From the sequence record ON075799: a stretch of DNA of 64,000 nucleotides; one strand, 5' to 3'. Source of the stretch: Escherichia phage vB_EcoM_TH18. Position numbers and translations under genes: made by a program. Below, piece by piece: positions 1 through 9,487 of the stretch; the stretch's first letter is position 1; each line of letters starts with the position of its first letter. The notes below the pieces were generated by a model. It was not told the DNA's origin and ran no database searches. It saw nothing but the letters and a program-made list of their open reading frames with translations.

Positions 1-149
1 AAGGCGATGGAAAGACACAACAAGAGAACAAACAGGATGCTAAGGAACCTTTGAACAGTTCTAACAGCGATATTCCGAATATGGAATCGCCAGCACCTGA
101 GTTTGACTTCGATGACAGCATTCCTTTCTAAAAGTAACATTTGTTAATA

Positions 150-185
150 TAAAAAAGGGAGCTTTTAGCTCCCTTTTCTTTTGCT
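150..185. terminator. Hairpin (gggagcttttagctccc) flanked by A-run and T-run; candidate bidirectional intrinsic terminator
   Basis: GC-rich inverted repeat with T-run on plus strand and A-run upstream, directly 3-prime of minus-strand ORF ending at 187. Confidence 0.5.
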
Positions 186-186
186 A

Positions 187-2154
187 TCACGCCACATTAA
201 TATTAAATTTCGCCAACGGCGATGTAATGTCACCTTTACTGGTTGTTTGAACATATGCAACACCAAATAAAACCGTACCCGCAGCATATCCGTATTGTTT
301 TACTTGATCTGCGTGGGTAAATGTGTAACTATTAGTGGTCAATGTTTGTTGAGATATAACATCCCCTGTCAGGACATCAAAGTTAACAAGGGAGAACTTG
401 TTATAATCTCTGGTATCCCATGACAAAAGAATGTCTTGGTTAGCTTGTCTTACTGCCTTTCCTCCACTAGGAACTTTCATATCCACCCAAGCAGGAGGTG
501 TGCTCGACAAGTCTTCCATGTTAGCCAAGGATATCGCAGCATTCTTATAAATTGTTGGTCGGTACTGTATTCTTAAACCATTACCTGCCCCAGAAACAAC
601 ATAATTGCCATAGTCTTCAGCACCATCAACCCAAGAGCCAATTATAACGTCGCCATTGGAATCTGCCACCAACTGTTGTTGAATATTTCTATAACGATAC
701 CACTCAACACCACCTACCTCAACACTACCATCAAAGCATCTACCAAGAGTCTGCAATACAATCTTGGCTTCTGGGTTTGCAATAGCAGAACGGATATTAT
801 CAAAGATTGCGGTCATAGCAGACTGAAAACGAGCATCATCGCTATGTTTCCCTTCTTCTTTTGCTGCTGCCACCATAGCATCTTGCTCTCCTAACGACCA
901 GAAAACAGCCTTAATTTTATCCTTATAAGGTTTAACCTTCGCAAGGAATTGTGTTAGACATGGACCTGCTGTGGAGGAACTAACGTCATACCAGTAATTT
1001 GTGGCTGGCCCTGTAGAGGAGTTTGCCTGTGCTTCTGCACAAGATGCAATGAATGTGGCATTTATTGGTAATACCTCTGCTGGGTAAAACCCTTTGTGAA
1101 GAGCATACTCATTACGTGCTACGGTTGCACTTTGGCTTGTTTTGTCCCTACCGGAAAAAGAATTAAAATGCGCTGCTGCGTTATCGCCGCCAGCAAAAAC
1201 AAGCACCTCTTTAACAAAAGAGTCGTCAACAGTAACATTATTATTAAAAGCTATAGGTATTGTTTCTGGATTTGATCCTTTGATGTGCACAATAAGATAT
1301 GTAGGGGCAAATCCAAAGATAGGGACTGACTCTGTAACATCAAAGAATACAAATGTGTCTTTGGTTTTCTTACTCCACACAACCTCCATCCCCTCAGAGT
1401 CATAAACCTCTACGGTATAAATATCATCCGAGGAGGGAAATTGAACATCCCACGCTATCTTAATGTCACCATAGCTGTTGGCTACAGCAGTAGGATTTGT
1501 AAGTGCTGGAGCTATATCTACATATACATCGGTAAGTGTCGTTACTATCACATCTCTATAGGTTCCTTTCATACCACAATGCCCGACACCTCTACCAGCA
1601 CATGTAATGATACCACTAGGAGCCAGACTTAATACATCAGGTGTTTCAGAAACTGCGGTGACATAAAAATCATCATCCTCCATAACTTCTGCTGGAGAGA
1701 TGTTAAAGCCAATCATATTCCTATTCGGATTGCCTGGGTCAAAAGACGGGTCGCCTTTATAGACAAACCAGAATCTATCTCCAACACTTCTACTGCCTAT
1801 AGGATCAACATCAATGCGTAATGTGTCAACATGACCATTGATTTGTGCTGTCAAGGTCTTTTCTTCATCTCCTTTACCCGTCTTTGCAGACATTGTAATG
1901 ATAAAATCACCATCTTCAAGAAAAGATACTAACCCTGTAGGGTCAACAGATACAATCGTCGGTTTGTCTGGTGTAAACGTTATATCATGCAAGTCTGCAC
2001 CTTCCGGCACAACAGACCATATTAATTGTGCTTTGCCTCCTTTAAGACACGTACCGAGGGAGGTTAAGGAAACGGAGTTGGCTAGAGGGTTATTGGAAAT
2101 AATGATATAAAAACAAGGAATTGGATACATTACTCCTCCTAAAACAAAGGCCAC
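187..2154 (-). CDS. Tail fiber / tailspike-like protein (655 aa)
   Basis: Long ORF at distal end of tail-fiber gene block; beta-rich composition; no domain confidently recognised. Confidence 0.45.
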   Translation of the reverse strand: MAFVLGGVMYPIPCFYIIISNNPLANSVSLTSLGTCLKGGKAQLIWSVVPEGADLHDITFTPDKPTIVSVDPTGLVSFLEDGDFIITMSAKTGKGDEEKTLTAQINGHVDTLRIDVDPIGSRSVGDRFWFVYKGDPSFDPGNPNRNMIGFNISPAEVMEDDDFYVTAVSETPDVLSLAPSGIITCAGRGVGHCGMKGTYRDVIVTTLTDVYVDIAPALTNPTAVANSYGDIKIAWDVQFPSSDDIYTVEVYDSEGMEVVWSKKTKDTFVFFDVTESVPIFGFAPTYLIVHIKGSNPETIPIAFNNNVTVDDSFVKEVLVFAGGDNAAAHFNSFSGRDKTSQSATVARNEYALHKGFYPAEVLPINATFIASCAEAQANSSTGPATNYWYDVSSSTAGPCLTQFLAKVKPYKDKIKAVFWSLGEQDAMVAAAKEEGKHSDDARFQSAMTAIFDNIRSAIANPEAKIVLQTLGRCFDGSVEVGGVEWYRYRNIQQQLVADSNGDVIIGSWVDGAEDYGNYVVSGAGNGLRIQYRPTIYKNAAISLANMEDLSSTPPAWVDMKVPSGGKAVRQANQDILLSWDTRDYNKFSLVNFDVLTGDVISQQTLTTNSYTFTHADQVKQYGYAAGTVLFGVAYVQTTSKGDITSPLAKFNINVA

Positions 2155-2170
2155 AACTGTGGCCTTTTAT
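2140..2170 (-). terminator. Hairpin ggccacaactgtggcc between two fiber genes
   Basis: Perfect 6-bp GC stem with flanking A/T runs in 17-nt intergenic gap. Confidence 0.4.
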
Positions 2171-2171
2171 A

Positions 2172-3926
2172 TTATGGTTGTGGTCTGCGGACAATAACAG
2201 TGTCAACAACCCCATCTTCAACACCATTAAATGTCAATTGAAGGATGGTAACTGAATTTGCTGCTGTATTAACAGTTTCACTGTTAAGGACAACATAATT
2301 AGGATCCAGAGTTATACTGTGTCCACCTGTGGCATCCTGCGTCAGATAAATCATAGCGGAGAAAGGTTGTTGTGGGTCAGGCCATGCTCCGATTGTCAGA
2401 TTCTTATTCACTGTGACATTATAAATGTTGGATGTGCCACTTGGTGTCCATGTTGCCGTTGGGTCGCCAACTTCTTCCGATTGTAAAGTTAGGAAACCCA
2501 CATTGGTGGAAGAAAGTTGTGTCTGACCGTTAACAAATAACTGATTTGTCGTTACACTATTTTGGGAAGAGAGAGATGCTACGTTAACATTCTGACCTGT
2601 TAAATCAATCGTAATACCGGATACAGTTCCCTTGACAATCAAATTGTTTACTGTCGTTGTGCCAGAAGATCTATTTAAGACTACATCACCATCAGAGACA
2701 ATTTTACCAAGGTTAGAAGTTCCGTTAACCGTCAGATCACCGTCTACAGATCCGTCGCCAGTCGCAGTGAATCCCTCCCCCAAAGTTAATAGCCCTGTGA
2801 CATTACCAGTTGTAGAGGAGAAATCTTTGAGGCTGGCTTGCCCATTAACAACAAGGTTGTTAGTAACTTCTAAGCTCTCACATGTTGTACTGTTGAGATT
2901 GGTATTACCATTGACTTGTAAATCACCACCTACAGTAACCCCTTGTGCCGTTGTTACAGAATTAGGCGAGATATCTTCCCCATTGACAGAAAAAGAAAGT
3001 CCTGTTACAGTACCTGTAATCTTTAAGTTTTCAAGCTCTGTCATCCCAGAAACTTTAAGACGAGCTTCAGAGGGGTCTTTTTTAGAGTTGCCTGTAATAT
3101 AAACATAGTCGAAGGTATTATTACCAAGACCTGTGAAAGACATTGTTGTATTGTCTGCTACTGGCACACCGTTTATAATGATGTCTGTATGTAGCTGATG
3201 TGTCTGCGCTGAGTATGCTTCAAGCCTTGTTTTTATAAACGTCGGGTTAGAATCATCACTGTAGGCAAAAGATAAACTTGAATTATCTTTTGTTAAGATA
3301 AGATTCTGGAATTTTCCTGTTTGATTGTCAGCGTTAACAGGCCCATTAAATGTTGATACACCGCCAACAGAAAGCGTATTAAGACTCGCTAAACCTGTTA
3401 CAGTAAGATCCGCGAATGTACCATTTCCACCCGCAATCCCAGCTAAAGCAGTAGCAATAGCTCTAGTAACGAATTGTGTTGTTGCTAGTGTTGTGCTGTT
3501 ACTATCTGCTGATGGTGTTGGTGCTTGAGGGTTCCCTGTAAAGATAGGACTGTCAATAGGCGCAAATAGTTGCGACATAGATTCTGAATCGTTGTATAAT
3601 CTCCAGTTAACATTGTTGATCGGGTTAGAAGGCAACACCACCGGAGAGCTTTCAGTTGCACCGGGGGCATACCACCATTGGACACCTCTTTCCCCTGTAT
3701 AAGCATACAACTGATTAAATACTGTTGCCTGTTGCCCAGCAACCCACGGCAGTGGAGGTGTTTTAAAGAATAAATTGTCAAAAAATGCTTTTCTGACTGT
3801 AGGTATCAGACTACCATCCTCTGTAACTACAGTTTCAGTTGCTGTTCCATTGACAATTTTATGAAGGCGTTCAGAATCTTCTACAACCTGATCTACCGCC
3901 TGTTCAAATTTAGTCATGTCCGCCAC
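2172..3926 (-). CDS. Tail fiber protein (584 aa) with SPIFTGNPQAPTP motif
   Basis: Motif DSPIFTGNPQAPTP is a recurrent tail-fiber motif (recognised from memory); Asn/Thr/Gly/Val-rich repetitive C-terminal part. Confidence 0.6.
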   Translation of the reverse strand: MADMTKFEQAVDQVVEDSERLHKIVNGTATETVVTEDGSLIPTVRKAFFDNLFFKTPPLPWVAGQQATVFNQLYAYTGERGVQWWYAPGATESSPVVLPSNPINNVNWRLYNDSESMSQLFAPIDSPIFTGNPQAPTPSADSNSTTLATTQFVTRAIATALAGIAGGNGTFADLTVTGLASLNTLSVGGVSTFNGPVNADNQTGKFQNLILTKDNSSLSFAYSDDSNPTFIKTRLEAYSAQTHQLHTDIIINGVPVADNTTMSFTGLGNNTFDYVYITGNSKKDPSEARLKVSGMTELENLKITGTVTGLSFSVNGEDISPNSVTTAQGVTVGGDLQVNGNTNLNSTTCESLEVTNNLVVNGQASLKDFSSTTGNVTGLLTLGEGFTATGDGSVDGDLTVNGTSNLGKIVSDGDVVLNRSSGTTTVNNLIVKGTVSGITIDLTGQNVNVASLSSQNSVTTNQLFVNGQTQLSSTNVGFLTLQSEEVGDPTATWTPSGTSNIYNVTVNKNLTIGAWPDPQQPFSAMIYLTQDATGGHSITLDPNYVVLNSETVNTAANSVTILQLTFNGVEDGVVDTVIVRRPQP

Positions 3927-3936
3927 AAGAATCTCC

Positions 3937-4200
3937 TTATTGGTCTGACTCTTCTCTACGTTGTGATTCTACACCCCAGCGTAGGGATATTAACTTACTT
4001 ATTAACTGTGGAGCAGCCACTGTGGGGGCATACACCCACATATACCACTCCGTTAATGTGCCTTTGAAACCCCAATCTAAAAAAACTGCTGTCATTGCAG
4101 CTAATCCGATATTACTCCAAAATTTAGTGTGGGAGGCCTTTTCTGGATTTACTGGGGATCTGACAAGATCTTTTAAAAATTTCAATATTGATTTTAGCAT
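3937..4200 (-). CDS. Small hypothetical protein, possibly membrane-associated (87 aa)
   Basis: ORF tightly packed between fiber gene and membrane-protein gene; hydrophobic central segment. Confidence 0.3.
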   Translation of the reverse strand: MLKSILKFLKDLVRSPVNPEKASHTKFWSNIGLAAMTAVFLDWGFKGTLTEWYMWVYAPTVAAPQLISKLISLRWGVESQRREESDQ

Positions 4201-4215
4201 AATACATTAGAATCC

Positions 4216-4689
4216 TCAATAATTTACTCCAGGAACAATTCTGGCTATAATTATGAAACCAACAACAACAGAAGTCTCAAGCAATTCTTTTATTGTACCG
4301 CTTTTGTATGCGGCGCATAATAAAAGAACTTCCATAAATGTTGGATATGATGAATTTATCGTGAAGCCTAATGCGTTTGGTAAAATAAATGGGAACTGCA
4401 TAACTAAAATTTGGCAAAACAGAACAGGAAGAGATAGTACAAGCATTAGCTTTTTTCTCCATCCTGTCAAAACACATGCAGTAAAGAAAATCAGAGATAT
4501 ATCAAGGAACCAACAGAAAGTTAGGTAGAGTGACAAGTCAAATGCGTAGATATGGTAACAGAACCACCAGTATAATATATTCTCTGACACGATATGAACC
4601 ATGCCAAATACTGACATGGCTCGGATCCCCTTATCATTATCAAGAAGTAGCACTGCAAAGCATATAAAGTACAGTGCAGAACTTATCAT
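4216..4689 (-). CDS. Multi-pass integral membrane protein (157 aa)
   Basis: Several hydrophobic helices in translation; overlaps upstream ORF by 4 nt (operon coupling). Confidence 0.35.
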   Translation of the reverse strand: MISSALYFICFAVLLLDNDKGIRAMSVFGMVHIVSENILYWWFCYHIYAFDLSLYLTFCWFLDISLIFFTACVLTGWRKKLMLVLSLPVLFCQILVMQFPFILPNALGFTINSSYPTFMEVLLLCAAYKSGTIKELLETSVVVGFIIIARIVPGVNY

Positions 4690-5000
4690 TTCATTTGGCT
4701 CTCTATAAGAATTTTAAGTTGATCTATAAGATCAACTCTCAAACTGCTCACATCCTCTTTTAAATCTTTTCTAAAATCTGAAACATCGTCGCGGACAGCT
4801 TTCAGCTTTTTATCAAGAATCTCATCAAGTTTCTCTTTAGTGACCATCTCTGCCTTAATTCTTATGATGTCCCTATCAAGTTCATCAAGACGTTGTTGTG
4901 TCTTTTTATAGTCTGAGTATGTTAACTTCAGAACACCAACTAAGAAAAACGTCAATACGCCCCATACGGCTTTTAAGATAGCAAATAGGTCAATAGACAT
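4686..5000 (-). CDS. N-terminal transmembrane helix plus coiled-coil protein (104 aa)
   Basis: Hydrophobic N-terminus followed by charged heptad-like region. Confidence 0.35.
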   Translation of the reverse strand: MSIDLFAILKAVWGVLTFFLVGVLKLTYSDYKKTQQRLDELDRDIIRIKAEMVTKEKLDEILDKKLKAVRDDVSDFRKDLKEDVSSLRVDLIDQLKILIESQMK

Positions 5001-5011
5001 TCTTTAGCTCC

Positions 5012-5596
5012 TTAATCAACAGATGGTCTTAGAGGCCACTCTATGTTTGGGGCATCCTCTGTTTTAATGCTTAGTATTTCACAACGATACATCTTCAGTT
5101 TCTTAAGCGTGTCCTCCATGTGTTTCGGTAGTTTTTTACCTGTTACCTGTTCATAGTCCCCATATGTTTGGATATATTGACTTGCCCAAGCAATTTCCTT
5201 ATCCTTGCGGAGTTTTGCTTCCTGTATAGATCGAAAATAGGTATAAGCAAATTCTCCATCTTTAAATGCCACGTCACCGAGGTCATACTCAATGCCTTTA
5301 GGCAAATTTTCTACCGAAACAACGGCTATTTTCCATCCGCTGAAAGGAGTACACCCATCAAAACCTTCATAGCAAACGCAGCAAACCCTATCGTCGAGGT
5401 CCAGCGAAAGAAAGGCATATTTTCCCGGATCTATTTGGGAGTTCAATTCTTCTGCTATTTCATAATAGTCTTTCCCCGTGGATTCTTCGTAGAAAAAAGG
5501 GGCGAAAGGGTTAACTTCCAACAATCTTTTCGTGGCTCCTGTTGCATTATCAGGGAGGGGAGAATAAGGGAAAAATGGTCCAAATATTTTGTTCAT
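5012..5596 (-). CDS. Hypothetical protein (194 aa)
   Basis: ORF in tail fiber block, same strand, short intergenic gaps. Confidence 0.4.
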   Translation of the reverse strand: MNKIFGPFFPYSPLPDNATGATKRLLEVNPFAPFFYEESTGKDYYEIAEELNSQIDPGKYAFLSLDLDDRVCCVCYEGFDGCTPFSGWKIAVVSVENLPKGIEYDLGDVAFKDGEFAYTYFRSIQEAKLRKDKEIAWASQYIQTYGDYEQVTGKKLPKHMEDTLKKLKMYRCEILSIKTEDAPNIEWPLRPSVD

Positions 5597-5613
5597 GCAA
5601 CTCTCCTGAATGA

Positions 5614-6708
5614 TTACACTCTACTTACGTTGTGCCAGACACCATTAACTTGTTTCTGGATGTATGCATAGTAAACCCCACCAATGTTGTCTGCTGAGTT
5701 TTTACCAACATCTTGAGGATAGATACCTGTCATAACTGCACCCGCTGGCGCTTGCCAGTTCCAAGATATTTCGTTACCACCGGGCCAGTACCATGTGTTA
5801 CCTGTTAATCTAACATCTTGAACACCACCTGTTTGGATATTGACATTGCCGTTACCATCTGCACCAACACCATTAACAGATCTTACGATATTTCTCCCAG
5901 CAACTGTAGCAGAGTTATTATTTACAATTAGTGCATTTACGTTTGCTGTCCCATTAACTCTTGCAGATGGTGTTGTTAATGAGCTTGTTGCTACAACAGT
6001 CTGACCTTGAATTTGTCCTGTAGCCGTCAAAGAGGATGTTCTTGTTGTGGTGAATGTTGCATTTGTGCCATTAACATTTGTTCCTTGTACAGTGCCTGTG
6101 GCAACAACATTTCCTGTTACTTTACACAAAGCCGCTGAGGAGCTAATAGCATTAAGCTCCATCATAGTAAACATCCCAGAGTTACCTGAAGGAGAGAATC
6201 GGAAACGTATAGAATCTACACCGTTTGTCCCTGCTGTTCCTGGATTATCTCCAAGAACAAAATCCCAGTACGTCCAGTCAGAAGCTGGATTCGTAGTTGT
6301 GATATACGCAGTATCTGTTTCAGAAGGTTGAAAATTCAATCTCGGCAATGACAAAGCTCCTGTCATTGTATCTCCCGTTACATTCACGTAACGGTTGTCG
6401 GCTTCTGATCTACTCCACACATCAAGGTTGATTCTGGATGTTTCCTTGTCAGCTAAATCAGACAGATTTTCACTTCTTCTTAAAAATCTTGTATCTAATT
6501 CAGGTATCTGATCTCCTGTAACATATTTTATCCAACTTGTCATCATATAAAGAACATAGTTAAATTCTTCACAAGCTGGTTTTTCTCCCATATCCCAACC
6601 TTTTAACCAAAGATCGTCAATAGGTCTTATTTTATTCTCCCCATGAGTATTAGGGAGAATCACATCTCCCGCTGCCCAAATCTCGATTGGTATACTTGGT
6701 ATAGCCAT
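5614..6708 (-). CDS. Tail fiber protein (364 aa)
   Basis: Gly/Thr/Asn/Val-rich repetitive central region typical of fibrous beta-structure. Confidence 0.5.
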   Translation of the reverse strand: MAIPSIPIEIWAAGDVILPNTHGENKIRPIDDLWLKGWDMGEKPACEEFNYVLYMMTSWIKYVTGDQIPELDTRFLRRSENLSDLADKETSRINLDVWSRSEADNRYVNVTGDTMTGALSLPRLNFQPSETDTAYITTTNPASDWTYWDFVLGDNPGTAGTNGVDSIRFRFSPSGNSGMFTMMELNAISSSAALCKVTGNVVATGTVQGTNVNGTNATFTTTRTSSLTATGQIQGQTVVATSSLTTPSARVNGTANVNALIVNNNSATVAGRNIVRSVNGVGADGNGNVNIQTGGVQDVRLTGNTWYWPGGNEISWNWQAPAGAVMTGIYPQDVGKNSADNIGGVYYAYIQKQVNGVWHNVSRV

Positions 6709-6723
6709 AAAAGTATCTCCTTC

Positions 6724-8787
6724 TTAAACTTCTGGTGGGGTATCTTTTAAATACCCTTTCAATGCTGTATGCCCCATATGAAAGACTGCGGATTGAGAGT
6801 TGTGCACTGTTATAGAATCATGCATTACTTGTGGATACGCCCATATGTATTGATAAATATCTGGAAACTTAAACTCATTAAGAACAATGTTCCCTATAAT
6901 CATTTTCCAAAGATATTCTCTATAATTAGAATTAGGGTCAAATCCGTATAATGGTGCTAGCCCTTCGTCTGGAACAAATCCTGCCAGATAATGTATCTTA
7001 TCTTCTTTAAATTTTAAGACATCTCGCGGAATGGTGATGGCCTGGAATGATTTTTCCATTTTTCCTTGAAGTAACCAGTCATAGCACTCGGAGCAATAGA
7101 AATCAAAATTCTCAGGTGTATAACTACCACTAGGGAAATTTATCTTTTCCATAATACCATTACCAATAATGGATGGTAAGAACGGTAAAAGTGTTATTTT
7201 TGCATTAGGATAAGATTTTTTAAGATCAGCACCGAATTTTACCACTCGCTCTCCTAGACACTGTCTTAGAAAATCTACATACTCATCATAGGGCGTTCCG
7301 GTCTTAAAGTCATAAATTGTTCCCATGTCTTGAGCATACAATCCAGTCTCTTCATTAAAACGCGCTTTTGTAGTATAATCATACACACAAGGTAAATTTG
7401 TAGCAGTATTATACCACCACCAAGGTTCCCCTATCTGAATGATAACAACCTGGTTAACTTGTTCGCATGTGGCTGCTATTTTATTTATTACACTTTGGAT
7501 ATATTGCATACCCTCGTTAATATTAGGTGATAATACCCAACTTGGTGGTGTGTATCCTGTTTCAGCTAATGCATCATTCCAGTCGTGCTGAACCCACTCT
7601 GGAGGACAAACTGTACTCATCAACTCAAAACTAATAGAATTGATAACCTTATAACCATTTGCTCGTGTCAGTGCGAAATAGTTATTCATCCATTGTAGGG
7701 TTGCATTATTGACAGGGACATCTTTGTTCAGTTTCCATGCGGAGCTTTCCCAAGAGAACTCGTAATAATGCGACATACCATTATAGTGATTTATCATATC
7801 TCTATAACCGAGTTTTAAGCAGTTATCCACCACTCTCTCCGGTGTAAGATTATACATATCATCATAAGATGTACACATGCGTATATCATGAGCAGGAATT
7901 GTCAAATTATTAACTCTCATCATTGTATAGCCTGTATCAGGCTCTTTAAGAGTTATTTTCAACATAAGATTCTGATTTTCTTTAGGGACAATATCTTCTC
8001 CTTCTGCATACTTCTCAGATATCATAGAAAAGAAAAACTGATCCACTTGAGAGGTATCCACTGCCACGTCCACATCAGGACCAGATTTTAAATTTGAAAA
8101 ATCAAGTTTGATTGTGGCCCTTTTATAATCCTCGCTGATATCTTCAGCATAAGCGTACAGAGGGATATAATGGGTTGCCCCATCTAAAAGTTTAAGAGTT
8201 AATGTTGGGGTCAATTTCTCATTATTGAAATCAGGCATTCCGTCGCCCAACTCTATATCGAACCACAGTTTAGCGTTTCGAAGGTCTGTGTGATCTTGAA
8301 AAGAGATCCCTTTATGATCATACTTATCTTTTGTGCTCCAAATAACCCCTGCCAGACCACTGACAGTTCTATTAGTCATATAAGCTGTAAGTATATTACC
8401 ATTAGATATTATAGAGCAACTTTCTGTGGGTTGAGAATCAATTGTCCAATATTTAGGTAGAAACATTTTCTCTTCTTTTGTTCCCCATCCCAACTCAGAC
8501 ATGTCCTCCTTGGTGCTAATAACACATCTGGAAGCCAGCCTGTCTAGCCTTGCACCAAAAGACGGGTTACTCATTTTTAAAGTAAATTCCCTTGGTAATG
8601 AGTTTTTAGGATGTTGTTTTATCTCCACAGGTATTTGTACAGACTTTTCCCCTTTAGGAATTGTTGCCGTACCTACCTTGGGTGTGTAATCTCTTCCAGC
8701 AATAGCTGTGTTTGATATTGTTTCATAGTCAAAGCTAACAGCTACAGAGTCATCTTCTCTTCTGGCTGTGAAAATAGCCTCTGCCAT
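6724..8787 (-). CDS. Large tail fiber / baseplate-associated protein (687 aa)
   Basis: Position between baseplate genes and distal fibers; no specific motif recognised. Confidence 0.45.
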   Translation of the reverse strand: MAEAIFTARREDDSVAVSFDYETISNTAIAGRDYTPKVGTATIPKGEKSVQIPVEIKQHPKNSLPREFTLKMSNPSFGARLDRLASRCVISTKEDMSELGWGTKEEKMFLPKYWTIDSQPTESCSIISNGNILTAYMTNRTVSGLAGVIWSTKDKYDHKGISFQDHTDLRNAKLWFDIELGDGMPDFNNEKLTPTLTLKLLDGATHYIPLYAYAEDISEDYKRATIKLDFSNLKSGPDVDVAVDTSQVDQFFFSMISEKYAEGEDIVPKENQNLMLKITLKEPDTGYTMMRVNNLTIPAHDIRMCTSYDDMYNLTPERVVDNCLKLGYRDMINHYNGMSHYYEFSWESSAWKLNKDVPVNNATLQWMNNYFALTRANGYKVINSISFELMSTVCPPEWVQHDWNDALAETGYTPPSWVLSPNINEGMQYIQSVINKIAATCEQVNQVVIIQIGEPWWWYNTATNLPCVYDYTTKARFNEETGLYAQDMGTIYDFKTGTPYDEYVDFLRQCLGERVVKFGADLKKSYPNAKITLLPFLPSIIGNGIMEKINFPSGSYTPENFDFYCSECYDWLLQGKMEKSFQAITIPRDVLKFKEDKIHYLAGFVPDEGLAPLYGFDPNSNYREYLWKMIIGNIVLNEFKFPDIYQYIWAYPQVMHDSITVHNSQSAVFHMGHTALKGYLKDTPPEV

Positions 8788-8799
8788 ATGTGGTCTCCT

Positions 8800-9477
8800 C
8801 TACTCTGTTGCATCTACAGAAATATTGTCAACATAAATAAGGATGTCATCCGATGTTCTTGGTGGATCCGGTACGTAAACTAGATGGGCTAAACCACCAT
8901 CACCAGTTCTTGATTTCTCTGTCACAGATCCGAATCCAAGTGCATGTTTGTCATTCTTAAAACCAAACGCTAAACCCACAGACTCTGTTAGTCTAAGATG
9001 CGTTGGTAACGGTAATAGGTCAAGTATCTCATCTATCGCTGCTGCTAAGTCGAAACAGCTTTTTGATACGTTTACGTCAAAGCGATAATTATCCCCTTTG
9101 TATGTTGTAAAATTTCCAGTACCAAACAGTTGATTTAATGTCTCAATAAATTCTGGTCTTGTACCGTGTCTTGCAGATCCAGCAGCCAAGATCATTATTA
9201 TTGCCCGATAAGTGGCATCATCAAGTCCATTTCTCTCAATACCAACTTGATTGCCTATCTCATCAAGATTCAGCCCTGCGGCATTCCTTAATAATCTTCC
9301 TTCTGATAGCTTTACAAGCATCTCATCAATAGCTTTCAATCTTTCAAGGTATATTGTCAGAAATTTTACAAGATTCTTTTTCTCTTTCAGAAAATCACCA
9401 GGGAGATAATCAATACCTCCCTCAACGAAATCTGGCAGTGTGTGTATATGATTTACATCTTTCAAATAGTCTGCCAT
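8800..9477 (-). CDS. Baseplate protein, P2 gpI / Mu gp48-like by position (225 aa)
   Basis: Immediately downstream of baseplate J-like gene in conserved order. Confidence 0.4.
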   Translation of the reverse strand: MADYLKDVNHIHTLPDFVEGGIDYLPGDFLKEKKNLVKFLTIYLERLKAIDEMLVKLSEGRLLRNAAGLNLDEIGNQVGIERNGLDDATYRAIIMILAAGSARHGTRPEFIETLNQLFGTGNFTTYKGDNYRFDVNVSKSCFDLAAAIDEILDLLPLPTHLRLTESVGLAFGFKNDKHALGFGSVTEKSRTGDGGLAHLVYVPDPPRTSDDILIYVDNISVDATE

Positions 9478-9487
9478 AATAATATCC

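Noticed and set aside
187-2154. Possible esterase or hydrolase domain in the 655-aa fiber-like protein
   Set aside because: No catalytic signature could be identified by eye; domain assignment would need profile searches.
2632-3102. Plus-strand ORF (156 aa) inside tail fiber gene
   Set aside because: Entirely overlaps the strongly supported minus-strand fiber gene on the opposite strand; low-complexity translation typical of antisense frames of repetitive genes.
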